Shown: positions 19,611 to 30,110, numbered from the stretch's first letter. The stretch is DNA of 64,000 nucleotides from a bacterium (GCA_029548485.1 JAKPNH010000006.1:13937-77936); one strand, 5' to 3'. Notes: a model not told the origin generated them from the sequence alone. Translations and numbers: made by a program.

Positions 19611-21709
19611 GATTCCGCCATCAAGCAGGTTTGTTTTTTGCCCGGAAGGGATTGATAGATTTCTTCGGTCGTGAAAGGCATGAACGGATGGAGCATTTTG
19701 ACGAGTTCCCGGAGAAGGCGGAGAAGGGTTTCTCCGGCCGCGGCCTTGTCCGCCGCGTCTTCGTTGTCCTTCAGCCTCGGTTTGGATTCTTCGATTATTT
19801 TGTCGGCGAAAACGTGCCAGAAATAGTGGTAGAGCTTGTTCGACGCTTCGTGGAGCCGGAAATTCTCGATGTCGCGCTCAATCTCTTTTTTAAAGATCTT
19901 CAATTCCCTCAAGTTGTCCAGATCTTTCCTGGAAAACCGGGGTTTGATTTTAGAGTCGGATCCGGCGTAGGCGAGGACGAATTTGGCCGCGTTCCTGATC
20001 TTGGTCGCGAAGTTGCGGTAGGCCCGAATTTTGTCTTCGGAAACGACCGGATCGAGCCCCGGGGTGTTGCCGACGATAAGAGCCATTCTCACGGCGTCGG
20101 CTCCGTAGATTTCGGCCACGCCCAAAGGATCGATGACGTTGCCTTTGGACTTCGACATTTTCTGGCGGTCTTTGTCGCGGACCATTCCGTGGAAATAAAC
20201 GTTCCGGAACGGAGCTTTCTTGGTCCGCCAGAGCCCCAGCATGATCATGCGGCTCACCCAGAAGAAAACGAGGTCGTATCCGGTTTCCATGAGGTCGGTC
20301 GGGTAATAGGTTTTGAAGTCGCGGGACTTGGGGAATCCCAAGGCAAGGAAAGGCCATTGCCCGGAAGAAAACCAGGTATCCAGAACGTCGGGATCTTGTT
20401 CGAGGATCGAGCCGTCGCATTTTGAACAGCGATCCGGGGTTTTTTCAGAGACGACGGCTTCTCCACATTTGGCGCAGAACCAGGCGGGGATTCTGATGCC
20501 CCAGACGATCTGCCTCGAAATGTTCCAGTCGTGGATATTCTCGAGCCAGTGGATGTAGATCTTTTCGAAATGTTCGGTGACGAATTTTATTTTCCCCGAT
20601 CTCACCGCCTCCAATCCTTTTTCGGCAAGAGGCTTCATTTTGACATACCACTGGGGCATGATCATGGGTTCGATCAAACTGCCGCATTTGTAGCAGGTGG
20701 CGACGCTGTGGCGGTAATCCTCTTCGATCTTTTCGAGACGGCCGGCTTTTTCGAGGTCAACGGCCACGGCCGCTCTCGCTTCGGCGGCTTTCATTCCTTT
20801 GTAGGGTCCGGCGAATTCGTTCATTTTTCCGTAGCGATCGATGACGGATTTCACGGGAAGATCGTGCTTCAGCCCGGTTTCGAAATCGGTCATGTCGTGC
20901 GCCGGCGTCACTTTGACGACGCCGGTCCCGAAATCCGGATCGACCGATTCGTCGGCCACGACCGGCAGTTTGATTTTGCCGAGCAGGCCGTCGAATTCGA
21001 TATCCTGGCCGATGTAACTCTTATAGCGATCGTCTTTGGGATTGACTGCCAGCCCTGTGTCTCCGAAAATCGTCTCCGGCCGCGCCGTGGCGACGCTAAG
21101 CGGGCCGTATTTTATGTAATAGAGCGGATCGGCGCGCTCGACGTATTTCACTTCCAGTTCCGAAAAAGCGGTCTGGTGCTTAGGGCACCAGTTTACCAGC
21201 CGGCTGCCGCGGTAGATCAATCCTTGTTTGTGGAGTTCGACGAAAGACTTTTGCGTTTCCCGGATGATGTCCTCGTCGAGGGTGAATTTTTTACGGGACC
21301 AGTCGCAAGAAGCGCCGAGCTTGCGAAGCTGGTTTTCCATGGTTTTCCTGTTTTCTTGGGTGAAGGCGTACATTTCCCGCCAAAGCTCTTCGCGGGGAAT
21401 CTCGAAGCGGTTCCTTCCTTCTTTCTCCAGTTTTTTCTCGAAAACCACCTGGGTTTCGAATCCGGCGTGGTCCGCGCCCGGAACCCAGAGGGCTTTACGG
21501 CCCATCAGGCGGTAAAAACGGATAAAAGCGTCTTCGATGGCGATGCCCAGGGCGTGACCGAGGTGCAGGGCGCCGTTCGCGTTCGGCGGCGGCATGATAA
21601 TCGTGTAAGGCTTGCGGTTTTTCCGGGGAAGGTTATCCGGGTTGAAATACCCGGATCTTTCCCAAAGTTCGTAGATTTCGTCCTCTTTCAGGGGTTTGAG
21701 CTCGATCAT
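19601..21709 (-). CDS. valS: Valine--tRNA ligase (short form)
   Basis: PPPNANGALHLGH, WNISRQIVWG, DVLDTWFSS, KMSKS. Confidence 0.96.
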   Translation of the reverse strand: MIELKPLKEDEIYELWERSGYFNPDNLPRKNRKPYTIIMPPPNANGALHLGHALGIAIEDAFIRFYRLMGRKALWVPGADHAGFETQVVFEKKLEKEGRNRFEIPREELWREMYAFTQENRKTMENQLRKLGASCDWSRKKFTLDEDIIRETQKSFVELHKQGLIYRGSRLVNWCPKHQTAFSELEVKYVERADPLYYIKYGPLSVATARPETIFGDTGLAVNPKDDRYKSYIGQDIEFDGLLGKIKLPVVADESVDPDFGTGVVKVTPAHDMTDFETGLKHDLPVKSVIDRYGKMNEFAGPYKGMKAAEARAAVAVDLEKAGRLEKIEEDYRHSVATCYKCGSLIEPMIMPQWYVKMKPLAEKGLEAVRSGKIKFVTEHFEKIYIHWLENIHDWNISRQIVWGIRIPAWFCAKCGEAVVSEKTPDRCSKCDGSILEQDPDVLDTWFSSGQWPFLALGFPKSRDFKTYYPTDLMETGYDLVFFWVSRMIMLGLWRTKKAPFRNVYFHGMVRDKDRQKMSKSKGNVIDPLGVAEIYGADAVRMALIVGNTPGLDPVVSEDKIRAYRNFATKIRNAAKFVLAYAGSDSKIKPRFSRKDLDNLRELKIFKKEIERDIENFRLHEASNKLYHYFWHVFADKIIEESKPRLKDNEDAADKAAAGETLLRLLRELVKMLHPFMPFTTEEIYQSLPGKKQTCLMAESWN

Positions 21710-21719
21710 ATACGTTCAA

Positions 21720-22778
21720 TTATAATCCGAGATTGGGTTGGGCTTCAATTTTGAGTCGTTTTTTGTTTAAAAAATTGACATAGCCGGCGACGGCAATCAT
21801 GGCGGCGTTGTCCGTGTTCCATTTCTTGCCTGCCGAAAGAAAAGCGATGCCGAGTTTCTTGGCTTCTTTTTTCAACGAATTCCTCAAAAGGCTGTTGGCG
21901 GCCACGCCTCCGGAAACGCCGATGGATTTTGTTTGGAATTCTCTGGCCGCCCTAGTGGTTTTGTAAACCAGGGAATCGACTAGGGCTTGTTGGAAGCTCG
22001 CGGCCACATCGTCTGTGTTTTCCAGCTTTATTCCGTTTTGGCTATAGTTCTTGTTGAATTCTTTCCAATCTGCCTTAAAGCTTTGTTTGATATGGTAGAG
22101 CAGGCTGGTTTTCAGTCCCGAGAAACTGAAATCGTAATTTTTTTCGTAAATCATCGGCCGCGGAAAAGCAACGGCTTCGGAATTTCCTTTTTTGGCGGCT
22201 TTTTCTATTTCCGGTCCGCCGGGATAGGGAAGCCGGAGCAGCCTTGCGGCTTTGTCAAAGGCTTCGCCCGCGGCGTCGTCCCTGGTTTCTCCGAGCTTCT
22301 TGTATTTAACTAGGCTCTGGAGGATAAGGAGGATGGTGTGGCCGCCGCTCACAACCAAAGACGCGGACGGAAAAACATCTTCGAGACTTTCTTTTCTTTC
22401 GAGAAGAAAGCTGTAAAGATGGCCTTGCAGGTGACTCGCTCCGATCAAAGGCTTTTTCCAGCGCTTGGCCAAACCCTTGGCGAATTCGATGCCGGTCCAT
22501 AAGGCCGGCTCGAGTCCCGGGCCGACGGTGACGACCACGGCGTCGGTTATGTCTTTGAGGGATTCGCCTCCGATCTTCTCGAAAATCAACGGCAGGTTCT
22601 TTAAATGTTCCCGCTTGGCCAGGTTCGGCACCACGCCTCCGAATCGCCGATGGAGCGGTATCTGCGAAGCGACGACGCTTTCCAGAACTTTGAAGCGCGG
22701 ATTTTCCAAATCTCCCGAGCATTCTACGAGCGCCAGGGCTGTTTCGTCGCAGCTTGTTTCGATGGCTAATAATCTCAT
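21720..22778 (-). CDS. tsaD: tRNA N6-threonylcarbamoyltransferase
   Basis: IETSCDET, GGVVP, VSGGHT, DDAAGEAFDK, TDNAAMIA. Confidence 0.96.
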   Translation of the reverse strand: MRLLAIETSCDETALALVECSGDLENPRFKVLESVVASQIPLHRRFGGVVPNLAKREHLKNLPLIFEKIGGESLKDITDAVVVTVGPGLEPALWTGIEFAKGLAKRWKKPLIGASHLQGHLYSFLLERKESLEDVFPSASLVVSGGHTILLILQSLVKYKKLGETRDDAAGEAFDKAARLLRLPYPGGPEIEKAAKKGNSEAVAFPRPMIYEKNYDFSFSGLKTSLLYHIKQSFKADWKEFNKNYSQNGIKLENTDDVAASFQQALVDSLVYKTTRAAREFQTKSIGVSGGVAANSLLRNSLKKEAKKLGIAFLSAGKKWNTDNAAMIAVAGYVNFLNKKRLKIEAQPNLGL

Positions 22779-22801
22779 GCCTTTCAATATATAATATAGT
22801 C

Positions 22802-23443
22802 ATGAACAAAGAAGCAATAATCGTAGCGGTGGTGGTGCTGTATTCTTTCATCCTCGCGGGGATCGTCTGGGGAATAATGCCTCCGATGATGGCAAGCCAT
22901 TGGAATATCGCGGGCGAAGTCGACGGATTCGCGCCGAGGCCTTTGGCTTTGCTTACGATGCCGGTTATCGGCCTCGTTCTTACTGGATTGTTCTGGCTTT
23001 TGCCGCGACTCGATCCTTTCAAAGAGAACATCGCCAAGTTCGGAGACGTTTACAAAAGAACCGTCGTCGCGATTTTCGCTTTTCTTTTCTACGTCTACAT
23101 CTTGACCATAGCCTGGAATCTCGGCTATTCCTTCAGCCTGCCGAAATTTCTAGTTCCGGCTTTCGCGATCCTTTTCTTCATACTCGGCCAAGCCTTGAGA
23201 AAAACGAAAAGGAATTGGGTAATGGGGATAAGGACGCCCTGGACTCTCTCGAGCGACCGGGTGTGGAAAAAGACCCACGATGCCGCCTCGAAAATTTTCA
23301 CTTGGCTCGGAGCCCTGGCTCTCGTTAGTTTGTTTTTCCGGCCGGAAACCGTTTTCGCGGTGGTTATCATTGGATCATTGGCCGCGGCCCTATATCTTTT
23401 CGCTTATTCTTATCTCGAGTTCCGGAAAGAAAATCGGGAATAA
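22802..23443 (+). CDS. DUF1648/SdpI family membrane (immunity) protein
   Basis: HWNIAGEVDG, NWVMGIRTPWTL..VW.KTH. Confidence 0.88.
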   Translation: MNKEAIIVAVVVLYSFILAGIVWGIMPPMMASHWNIAGEVDGFAPRPLALLTMPVIGLVLTGLFWLLPRLDPFKENIAKFGDVYKRTVVAIFAFLFYVYILTIAWNLGYSFSLPKFLVPAFAILFFILGQALRKTKRNWVMGIRTPWTLSSDRVWKKTHDAASKIFTWLGALALVSLFFRPETVFAVVIIGSLAAALYLFAYSYLEFRKENRE

Positions 23444-23500
23444 CTTCGTCGCCTCGTAATCTCGTAGGCGCGCCGGCCGGAGCGTGCTAAAATATCCAAT

Positions 23501-23716
23501 ATGGACATGGACGTAAAGCCGGGGAAATACAAACATTTCAAAGGATTCGACGTCGAGGTCATCGGTTGTGGCAAGCACACCGAAACTCTGGAGGAATTCG
23601 TGATTTATCGCGATCATCTTTGCGGCGATCTCTGGATCAGGCCGAAAGCGATGTTCACGGATATCGTGGAACGGAACGGAGAAACAAAACCGAGGTTCAG
23701 ATATTTGGACAATTAG
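23501..23716 (+). CDS. DUF1653 family protein
   Basis: GKYKHFKG, HTETLE..VIY, LWIRP..MF, PRF. Confidence 0.88.
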   Translation: MDMDVKPGKYKHFKGFDVEVIGCGKHTETLEEFVIYRDHLCGDLWIRPKAMFTDIVERNGETKPRFRYLDN

Positions 23717-23807
23717 GCGTCATGCGGAGAATAACGACTGCGGTTGCTTAAACCGCGGCCGTTAAGTTATAAGTAGGGGAAGAAGATCTTTAAGAGGAGG
23801 GATTCCG

Positions 23808-24170
23808 ATGTCCTGGCGGATTGCTTTCGCGATTTGCAAGAGAAGGATTTCCGCGATATTCAAAAAGTCCGCCGGAATATTTAGGCGGAAGCCCGACATC
23901 GTCATGATAGGCAGACTGCCCAACGCTATGAGAGAAAGCGCTTGGAATGAGCTGTTCGGAGGATTGAAAAGCGGAATTTGGATTCAAGAGCCCGGAATCC
24001 GGATGGAGTTAGAGGCGGAGCTCTTTCCCAAACTGCAATTTAAAGCGATGGTTGTTTTCTCGCGAAGACAGCCTAAAGCGAAGATGGAAGAGATCTGCCG
24101 TTTGTATGTTGAGGAGATCAAGGAGCTAGAACCGAGATTTATCGAGCAGCAGCCGTTTCTATGGCTTTAA
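23808..24170 (+). CDS. Orphan hypothetical protein
   Basis: GAGGAGG SD; downstream hairpin. Confidence 0.6.
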   Translation: MSWRIAFAICKRRISAIFKKSAGIFRRKPDIVMIGRLPNAMRESAWNELFGGLKSGIWIQEPGIRMELEAELFPKLQFKAMVVFSRRQPKAKMEEICRLYVEEIKELEPRFIEQQPFLWL

Positions 24171-24208
24171 AGACCCCGTCGTAAGGCGGGGATTTGTTTA
24201 ATCATCTC

Positions 24209-24237
24209 TTGACAAGACAACATAATTATGTTATAAT
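24209..24237 (+). promoter_or_regulatory. Consensus sigma-70 promoter
   Basis: TTGACA-N17-TATAAT with a TGn extension. Confidence 0.8.
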
Positions 24238-24304
24238 TATAATATAAGATTAGTTCTTCGATAGGGTCCGCGACCCTTGAAACGCGGAGAAAGAAGGAAG
24301 AAAG

Positions 24305-24670
24305 GTGGATAAGACGACCGGTTGGAAAGTAGTAGCGGTATTGAGCGCCATTCTGCTCATTCTCGTCATTCTTGTATCGATATTGCCTTACAAGAATGAG
24401 ATCAAGCGACTAAGGACAGAGCTAGATGAGTCTCAAGCAAAGATCGTCGCACTTGAGACGGAGCTTGACGAATCCCATGAGCTTATCTCGCGGGCCGAGG
24501 AAACTCACATCTGGGGTCAAGCTCTGCAGAAGGAGCTTGTCCATAGAGTGCGACAGTTCCAAGATCTCTCTCTTTTGTTAGGGGAAGAAGGAATCACAAT
24601 TATCGAGGGAATCGGCGGGACTCTTGTTGTGAAAACTTCCAATAACACAATAGAGATTCCGTCTCATTAG
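24305..24670 (+). CDS. Orphan membrane-anchored coiled-coil protein
   Basis: N-terminal TM, repeated L.TELDES heptads. Confidence 0.7.
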   Translation: MDKTTGWKVVAVLSAILLILVILVSILPYKNEIKRLRTELDESQAKIVALETELDESHELISRAEETHIWGQALQKELVHRVRQFQDLSLLLGEEGITIIEGIGGTLVVKTSNNTIEIPSH

Positions 24671-24872
24671 AGGAAAAGGTCCGGCTAGAACCTGAAATCT
24701 AGCCTTTATCTTTAAATTCAGGATATTGATCGTGGATTTAAACAATAAAGAATTCAGAGCCCCTCTTATAAAGAGGGGCTTTCCGATATCGTCAACGTGA
24801 ATTGACAATCTTTACCGTTGTTTTAGGTTGGAATCATACGAGAACCTTGAAAATTTGAAGGAGGCGAGATCG

Positions 24873-25187
24873 ATGCAGCCGGCAAAAACGATACGAATAG
24901 AAGTCAAGCTTTGGGTGCTGATCGTTGCTGCGGCAACCATTCTCGCGTGTATCGCGTATTTCGTTATGGAGAACGATCACCAGGCAGAAGAAATAGATTG
25001 GTGGCGGAAGGCGGCCCTGTCCCGGAGGACGATCCTCATAGACGAAGACACCGTTCCCGGATCCGGGATCGTCTATTTCGAAGGCGGAGACAAAGCCCTG
25101 GTGTTTTCCAAAAGAACCGGCGATTCGTTTTTTATCGACTTCGAATTGCGCCGGCTAGATAACGGAAAGATCGTCGATACAAGATAA
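24873..25187 (+). CDS. Orphan single-TM protein
   Basis: AAGGAGG SD before ATG 24873. Confidence 0.65.
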   Translation: MQPAKTIRIEVKLWVLIVAAATILACIAYFVMENDHQAEEIDWWRKAALSRRTILIDEDTVPGSGIVYFEGGDKALVFSKRTGDSFFIDFELRRLDNGKIVDTR

Positions 25188-25216
25188 GGACCTTTTTAAG
25201 GCCCTTATTTTCTTTG

Positions 25217-25288
25217 TGCTCCCGGGAGGAATCGAACCCCCAACAGCTGGTTCGAAGCCAGCCGTGATATCCGTTTCACCACAGGAGC
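25217..25288 (-). tRNA. tRNA-Arg(TCG)
   Basis: GCTGG-CTTCGAA-CCAGC. Confidence 0.92.
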
Positions 25289-25328
25289 GTCATCCAATTC
25301 TAACAACAGGATTACCGATTTAATAGTG

Positions 25329-25401
25329 TCCCCCCACTAGGACTCGAACCTAGGACCTTCTCCTTAAGAGGGAGCAGCTCTACCAACTGAGCTATGGGGG
25401 G
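25329..25401 (-). tRNA. tRNA-Lys(CTT)
   Basis: Loop CTCTTAA, A73; acceptor stem CCCCCCA/TGGGGGG. Confidence 0.88.
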
Positions 25402-25503
25402 ATATGAAAAATATAATCCGTTTTTTTGTTTTTTTCAATCGTCTTTACATTAAAATCCGACCGTGATATGACCTTACCAAGATTCTAGAAAGGAGGACGG
25501 CGA

Positions 25504-25737
25504 ATGTCTGAAAATCTCCTTCGCGGAATCAAGAAGATCGTAAAAACTATCGGTCTTTGGGGTCGTTTGCCGGAAACGCCGCTTGTCATCGGGCCCATGG
25601 CTTTAATGGATCCGTTCGGCCGGCCATTTTATGAGCAAGCGATCGGTGAAGGCATGAGGCTGCGTTCCGATCTTTCCGCTCGCGGGGAATATATCCCTTT
25701 CGGGGATTTATTCCCTCCGAAACGCGAGAAAAAATAG
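25504..25737 (+). CDS. Orphan small protein
   Basis: AAAGGAGG SD; TTTACA-N17-TATGAC promoter; terminator at about 25762-25788. Confidence 0.6.
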   Translation: MSENLLRGIKKIVKTIGLWGRLPETPLVIGPMALMDPFGRPFYEQAIGEGMRLRSDLSARGEYIPFGDLFPPKREKK

Positions 25738-25823
25738 TTATGAAGCGCAGGCTCGCCCGTCAAGCCGCTCGAAAGAGCGGCTTTGTTTTATGTTTTGCCC
25801 GGCGGGGCTTATCATTAAAGCAA

Positions 25824-28004
25824 ATGAATTCGGTTTCCCTCAAAACTCCGCTTTCGGCCGTCAAAGGCATCGGGCCGAAGTTCCTCGATAAACTCGAAAA
25901 AATCGATATCAAAACCGCCGGAGACCTTTTATGGCATTTTCCGGTGCGGTACGACGACTGGAGCCATGTCACCGACGTCAAAGATCTGCGTCCGGGCGAA
26001 TACGCGGTCATCCGCGCCGAAGTTAAAAAAATCGGCTTCCGCAAAAGCTGGATCCAAAAGCTCGCCATTGTCGAGGCGGTTCTCGAAGACGAGTCGGGAA
26101 GCGTTCGGACGATCTGGTTCGGCCAGCCGTTCATCAAAAAAGTTCTTGGCGAAGGAAAGCAGGCTTTTTTCTCCGGAAAGGTCCTCGCCGGAAAAAAGGG
26201 AATCTTCCTTTCCAACCCCGCTTACGAAACCGTTTCCGACGAAGAAAATATCGACGAGCTTTTTCCGAAGCGTGAACTTCTCGCCATTTATCCGGAAACA
26301 AAAGGCCTTACTTCCAAAGGCATCAGGTTCGTGATCAATAAAGTCTTACCGAACCTCGAAAGAATTCCGGATTTCATTCCGGGAGAGATCCTGAAAAAAA
26401 ACGGTTTTCCGGAAATAAACCAAGCTTTGCGGGACGTCCATATTCCCAAAAGCTCGGCCGAGGCGAACGCCGCCAAAGAACGTTTCGCTTTCGAGGAGCT
26501 GTTTTTGCTCCAGCTTGGCCACCTGCTCGAGAAAAAAAGGCTGGCGAGAACCAAGGCGCCGTCGATCGAATTCAATCTCGATTTCGTGAAGTGGGCGTTG
26601 GGAGAGCTTCCTTACGGTCTGACCTTTTCCCAAAAAAGGAGCCTTTACGAAGTTTTGAAGGATATCGAACGCCACCAGCCGATGAATCGTTTGCTCCAGG
26701 GAGACGTCGGTTCCGGGAAAACGGTCATCGCTTTGATCGCCGCCATGGAAACGGCGGAGAGCGGGTATCAGGCGGTTTTCATGGCGCCGACGGAGATCCT
26801 GGCCAGTCAGCATTATCAGACTTTCAAGAAGCTTTTCTCCGATTTCGGACACCCGATCGGGCTCATGACCGCCAAATCGAAGCTGGCCTTTTACGGCGAC
26901 AACTTGGAATCGGAAATGAAGAAAAAAGACTTGCTTCAGGAAGTGGAAAACGGAAGGATCAAAATATTGATCGGCACTCACGCCTTGATCGCCAAATCCT
27001 CCGGAGAAAACAAAGCTAGATTCAACAATTTGGGGCTGATCGTCGTCGACGAGCAGCACCGTTTCGGCGTCCGCCAGAGGGCCGAGCTTGTCCAAAATCA
27101 GGCGCGGAAATCTCCCGGCCTCACCCCGCACTTTTTGAGCATGTCGGCGACGCCCATTCCTCGCACTTTGGCGATCACCATTTTCGGGGATTTGGATCTG
27201 TCGACGATCGACGAACTGCCCCAGGGCAGAAAACCGATAATCACCAAAGTGGTCGATCCCCTGAACCGGGACAAAGCCTACGCTTTCATCCGGGGCGAGA
27301 TCAGGAAAGGGCGCCAGGCTTTTGTCGTCTGCCCGCGGATAGAATCCCGCGAAGACGATTACGAATACGATTTTTCCGAAGACGGGAAAACAGACGCCCG
27401 GAAATCCGGATGGTCTGAGACGAAGACCGTCAAAAAAGAATACGAAAGACTTTCCAAGAAAGTTTTCCCCGATCTCAAGGTGGCCATGATCCACGGGAAA
27501 ATGAAAGCCGAAGAAAAACAAAAAACGATGGAAGATTTTAAAACGAGGAAATCGGACATTTTGGTTTCCACGTCGGTCATCGAGGTCGGCGTGGACATCC
27601 CGAACGCCACGATCATGATGATCGAGGGCGCGGAAAGATTCGGCTTGGCCCAGCTCTACCAATTCCGGGGAAGGGTCGGCCGCGGTGAACACCAGTCTTT
27701 CTGTGTTCTTTTCACGGAGTCCTCTAACGAAACGACCCGCCAAAGGCTGAAAGCCCTGCTTGAAGCCAAAAACGGATTCGAATTGGCGGAAAAAGACTTG
27801 GAGATCAGGGGCCCGGGCGCTTTGCTCGGCTCGGAGCAGACCGGGCTTCCGGATACGACCATGAGGGCTCTGCGGAATCCCGCGATGATCAAGCTCGGCC
27901 GGCAATCGGCGGAAGAGATCATCGTGAAAGACCCGACTTTGAGATCTTACCCGGCGCTCAAAGAGCGTTTGGAAAAATTCAAAGAAAACATCCATTTGGA
28001 ATGA
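25824..28004 (+). CDS. recG: ATP-dependent DNA helicase RecG
   Basis: RLLQGDVGSGKT, DEQHRFG, SATPIPRT, QFRGRVGRG. Confidence 0.96.
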   Translation: MNSVSLKTPLSAVKGIGPKFLDKLEKIDIKTAGDLLWHFPVRYDDWSHVTDVKDLRPGEYAVIRAEVKKIGFRKSWIQKLAIVEAVLEDESGSVRTIWFGQPFIKKVLGEGKQAFFSGKVLAGKKGIFLSNPAYETVSDEENIDELFPKRELLAIYPETKGLTSKGIRFVINKVLPNLERIPDFIPGEILKKNGFPEINQALRDVHIPKSSAEANAAKERFAFEELFLLQLGHLLEKKRLARTKAPSIEFNLDFVKWALGELPYGLTFSQKRSLYEVLKDIERHQPMNRLLQGDVGSGKTVIALIAAMETAESGYQAVFMAPTEILASQHYQTFKKLFSDFGHPIGLMTAKSKLAFYGDNLESEMKKKDLLQEVENGRIKILIGTHALIAKSSGENKARFNNLGLIVVDEQHRFGVRQRAELVQNQARKSPGLTPHFLSMSATPIPRTLAITIFGDLDLSTIDELPQGRKPIITKVVDPLNRDKAYAFIRGEIRKGRQAFVVCPRIESREDDYEYDFSEDGKTDARKSGWSETKTVKKEYERLSKKVFPDLKVAMIHGKMKAEEKQKTMEDFKTRKSDILVSTSVIEVGVDIPNATIMMIEGAERFGLAQLYQFRGRVGRGEHQSFCVLFTESSNETTRQRLKALLEAKNGFELAEKDLEIRGPGALLGSEQTGLPDTTMRALRNPAMIKLGRQSAEEIIVKDPTLRSYPALKERLEKFKENIHLE

Positions 28005-28049
28005 CGGATTTATTGCCAACCATCGTTTTTTTTGGCAGTATGAAATCAC

Positions 28050-28122
28050 GCTCCTATCGTCTAGTGGCCTAGGACATCAGGTTTTCATCCTGGAAACCCG
28101 GGTTCGATTCCCGGTGGGAGCG
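28050..28122 (+). tRNA. tRNA-Glu(TTC)
   Basis: TCAGG-TTTTCAT-CCTGG. Confidence 0.93.
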
Positions 28123-28181
28123 CTCTCTTAAAGAAACTCGTTTTTTATCGTCCTCGTCGGGAATAGGGTATTATTAATAAT

Positions 28182-29642
28182 ATGAATATACCGGTGGAAG
28201 TCAGCGCCATCATCGAAAGGCTCGAAAAATCCGGATTCAAGGCTTATGTCGTCGGCGGTTCGGTCCGCGATTTTCTGCTCGGCAAAAAACCGAAAGACTG
28301 GGACGTGGCGACTGACGCCGCGCCCGAAGAGACCCAGGAAATATTCAAGGACAGCGTTTACGAAAACGCTTTCGGCACCGTCGGCGTCAAAACCGGATCC
28401 GAAGATCCGGATTTGAAAGTCGTCGAAGCGACCACTTTCCGGATAGAGGGGAAATATTCGGACAAAAGGCATCCGGACAAAGTCAGATTCGCCAAAACCA
28501 TCGAGGAAGATCTCTCGCGCCGCGATTTCACCATTAATGCCATGGCCATGTCCGCGGTCAAAGGCAAGGCGGACGACATCATCGATCCTTTCGAGGGGCA
28601 AACCGATCTGAAAAAGAAAATCATTCGGACCGTGGGCGATCCGGACAAGCGTTTCGAGGAAGACGCATTGCGTCTGATGCGGGCCGTCAGGTTTTCCGCT
28701 GAGCTCGGCTTCGAAATCGAAGAAAAGACCTTCTCCGCCATTAAAAAGAATGCTGATCTGTTGAAATCGGTTTCGGAAGAGAGGATCCGCGACGAATTCG
28801 AGAAAATCATCATGTCCGAACGAGCGGCCGATGGCGTGGAGCTGCTAGAGGCGGCCGGCCTTCTCGAATATATTCTTCCGGAGCTGAGGGAGGGCATCGG
28901 CGTCGGACAAAACAAGCACCACATCTATTCCATCTGGGAGCATTCAATAAAGGCGCTCGATTACGCCGCCAAGAAAAATTATTCTTTGGAGGTTCGGCTG
29001 GCGGCCTTGCTCCACGACATCGGCAAGCCGGACACCAAAAAAGGCGACGGACCGGATTCGACTTTTTACAATCACGAAATGGTCGGCGCGAAAATCGCCA
29101 AAAAGATCATGGAGCGGCTGAAATTCTCGAAAAAAACCGGCGACAAAGTGGTCCATCTGGTGCGGCACCATCTTTTTTATTATAACGTCGACGAAGTGAC
29201 TCCGGCCGGAGTGAGGAGGTTTATCGCCCGCGTCGGCGAAGAGCACATCGACGATCTTTTAAAGCTCCGCGAAGCCGACCGCATCGGTTCGGGAGTGCCC
29301 AAGGCGGTGCCTTACAAGACGAGGCATCTGCTTTTCATGATCGACAAGGTGAAGCGGGATCCGATTTCTCCGAAGATGATCAAATTGAACGGAAGCGATC
29401 TGATGGACTTGCTTGAGATCGAACCCGGGCCGCGGATCGGATGGATCTTGAATGTGCTTTTGGAAGAAGTTTTGGATGATCCGGAATTGAACGTCGAATC
29501 GAAACTCGAAAAGCGCGCCCGAGAATTGAACGATCTGTCCGACAAGGAGCTTGCGGCCATGGCCGACAAAGCCAAAGAAACCAAGCAGGAATTCGAAGAG
29601 GGAATCGAAACGGAAATGAAGAAAAAACACTACGTCAAATAA
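28182..29642 (+). CDS. cca: CCA-adding tRNA nucleotidyltransferase with HD domain
   Basis: VGGSVRD, DWDVAT, RRDFTINA, EDALR, LLHDIGK; most tRNAs here lack an encoded CCA. Confidence 0.9.
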   Translation: MNIPVEVSAIIERLEKSGFKAYVVGGSVRDFLLGKKPKDWDVATDAAPEETQEIFKDSVYENAFGTVGVKTGSEDPDLKVVEATTFRIEGKYSDKRHPDKVRFAKTIEEDLSRRDFTINAMAMSAVKGKADDIIDPFEGQTDLKKKIIRTVGDPDKRFEEDALRLMRAVRFSAELGFEIEEKTFSAIKKNADLLKSVSEERIRDEFEKIIMSERAADGVELLEAAGLLEYILPELREGIGVGQNKHHIYSIWEHSIKALDYAAKKNYSLEVRLAALLHDIGKPDTKKGDGPDSTFYNHEMVGAKIAKKIMERLKFSKKTGDKVVHLVRHHLFYYNVDEVTPAGVRRFIARVGEEHIDDLLKLREADRIGSGVPKAVPYKTRHLLFMIDKVKRDPISPKMIKLNGSDLMDLLEIEPGPRIGWILNVLLEEVLDDPELNVESKLEKRARELNDLSDKELAAMADKAKETKQEFEEGIETEMKKKHYVK

Positions 29643-30073
29643 TGAAGATCCGCGTCAAAAGATTCGACAAAAGCCTGTTGCTTCCGGAATACAAAACGGC
29701 CGGCGCCGGAGCTTTTGACCTCACGAGCCGCGAACGCGTGGAGATAGATCCCGGAGAGATCGGCTATGTCCCTTTGAACGTCGCGATAGAAACACCCGAA
29801 GGGTTCGTCACTCTTCTTGTCGCGAGAAGCTCGCTCCACAAAAAGGGATTGTGGCTCGCGAACGGATTGGGCGTCATCGATTCGGATTTTTGCGGGGACG
29901 AAGACGAATTGAAGGCGGTTTGTTTCAACTTCACGGATAAACCGATCGCGGTCGAAAAAGGCGACCGTGTTTGCCAGGCGGTCGTTTTGAAGCGCGAAAA
30001 AGCCGAATGGGAAGAAATCGATCGCATGGAGAAGAAAACCAGGGGAGGATTCGGGACTACCGGCGAAAAGTAG
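29642..30073 (+). CDS. dut: dUTP diphosphatase
   Basis: AGAFDL, RSS, GVIDSDF, GDRVCQ, RGGFGTTG. Confidence 0.94.
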   Translation: MKIRVKRFDKSLLLPEYKTAGAGAFDLTSRERVEIDPGEIGYVPLNVAIETPEGFVTLLVARSSLHKKGLWLANGLGVIDSDFCGDEDELKAVCFNFTDKPIAVEKGDRVCQAVVLKREKAEWEEIDRMEKKTRGGFGTTGEK

Positions 30074-30110
30074 ACGAAAAGCGCTTTTTGCGATTAAATA
30101 GGATAGTCGA

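Noticed and set aside
24675-24790. Hairpins in the 3' region of the 24305 orphan as a possible ncRNA
   Set aside because: Only weak stems plus a terminator; no recognisable family
23790-25740. Possible prophage/island next to tRNA-Arg and tRNA-Lys
   Set aside because: No integrase, att duplication or phage genes seen; only stand-alone orphans
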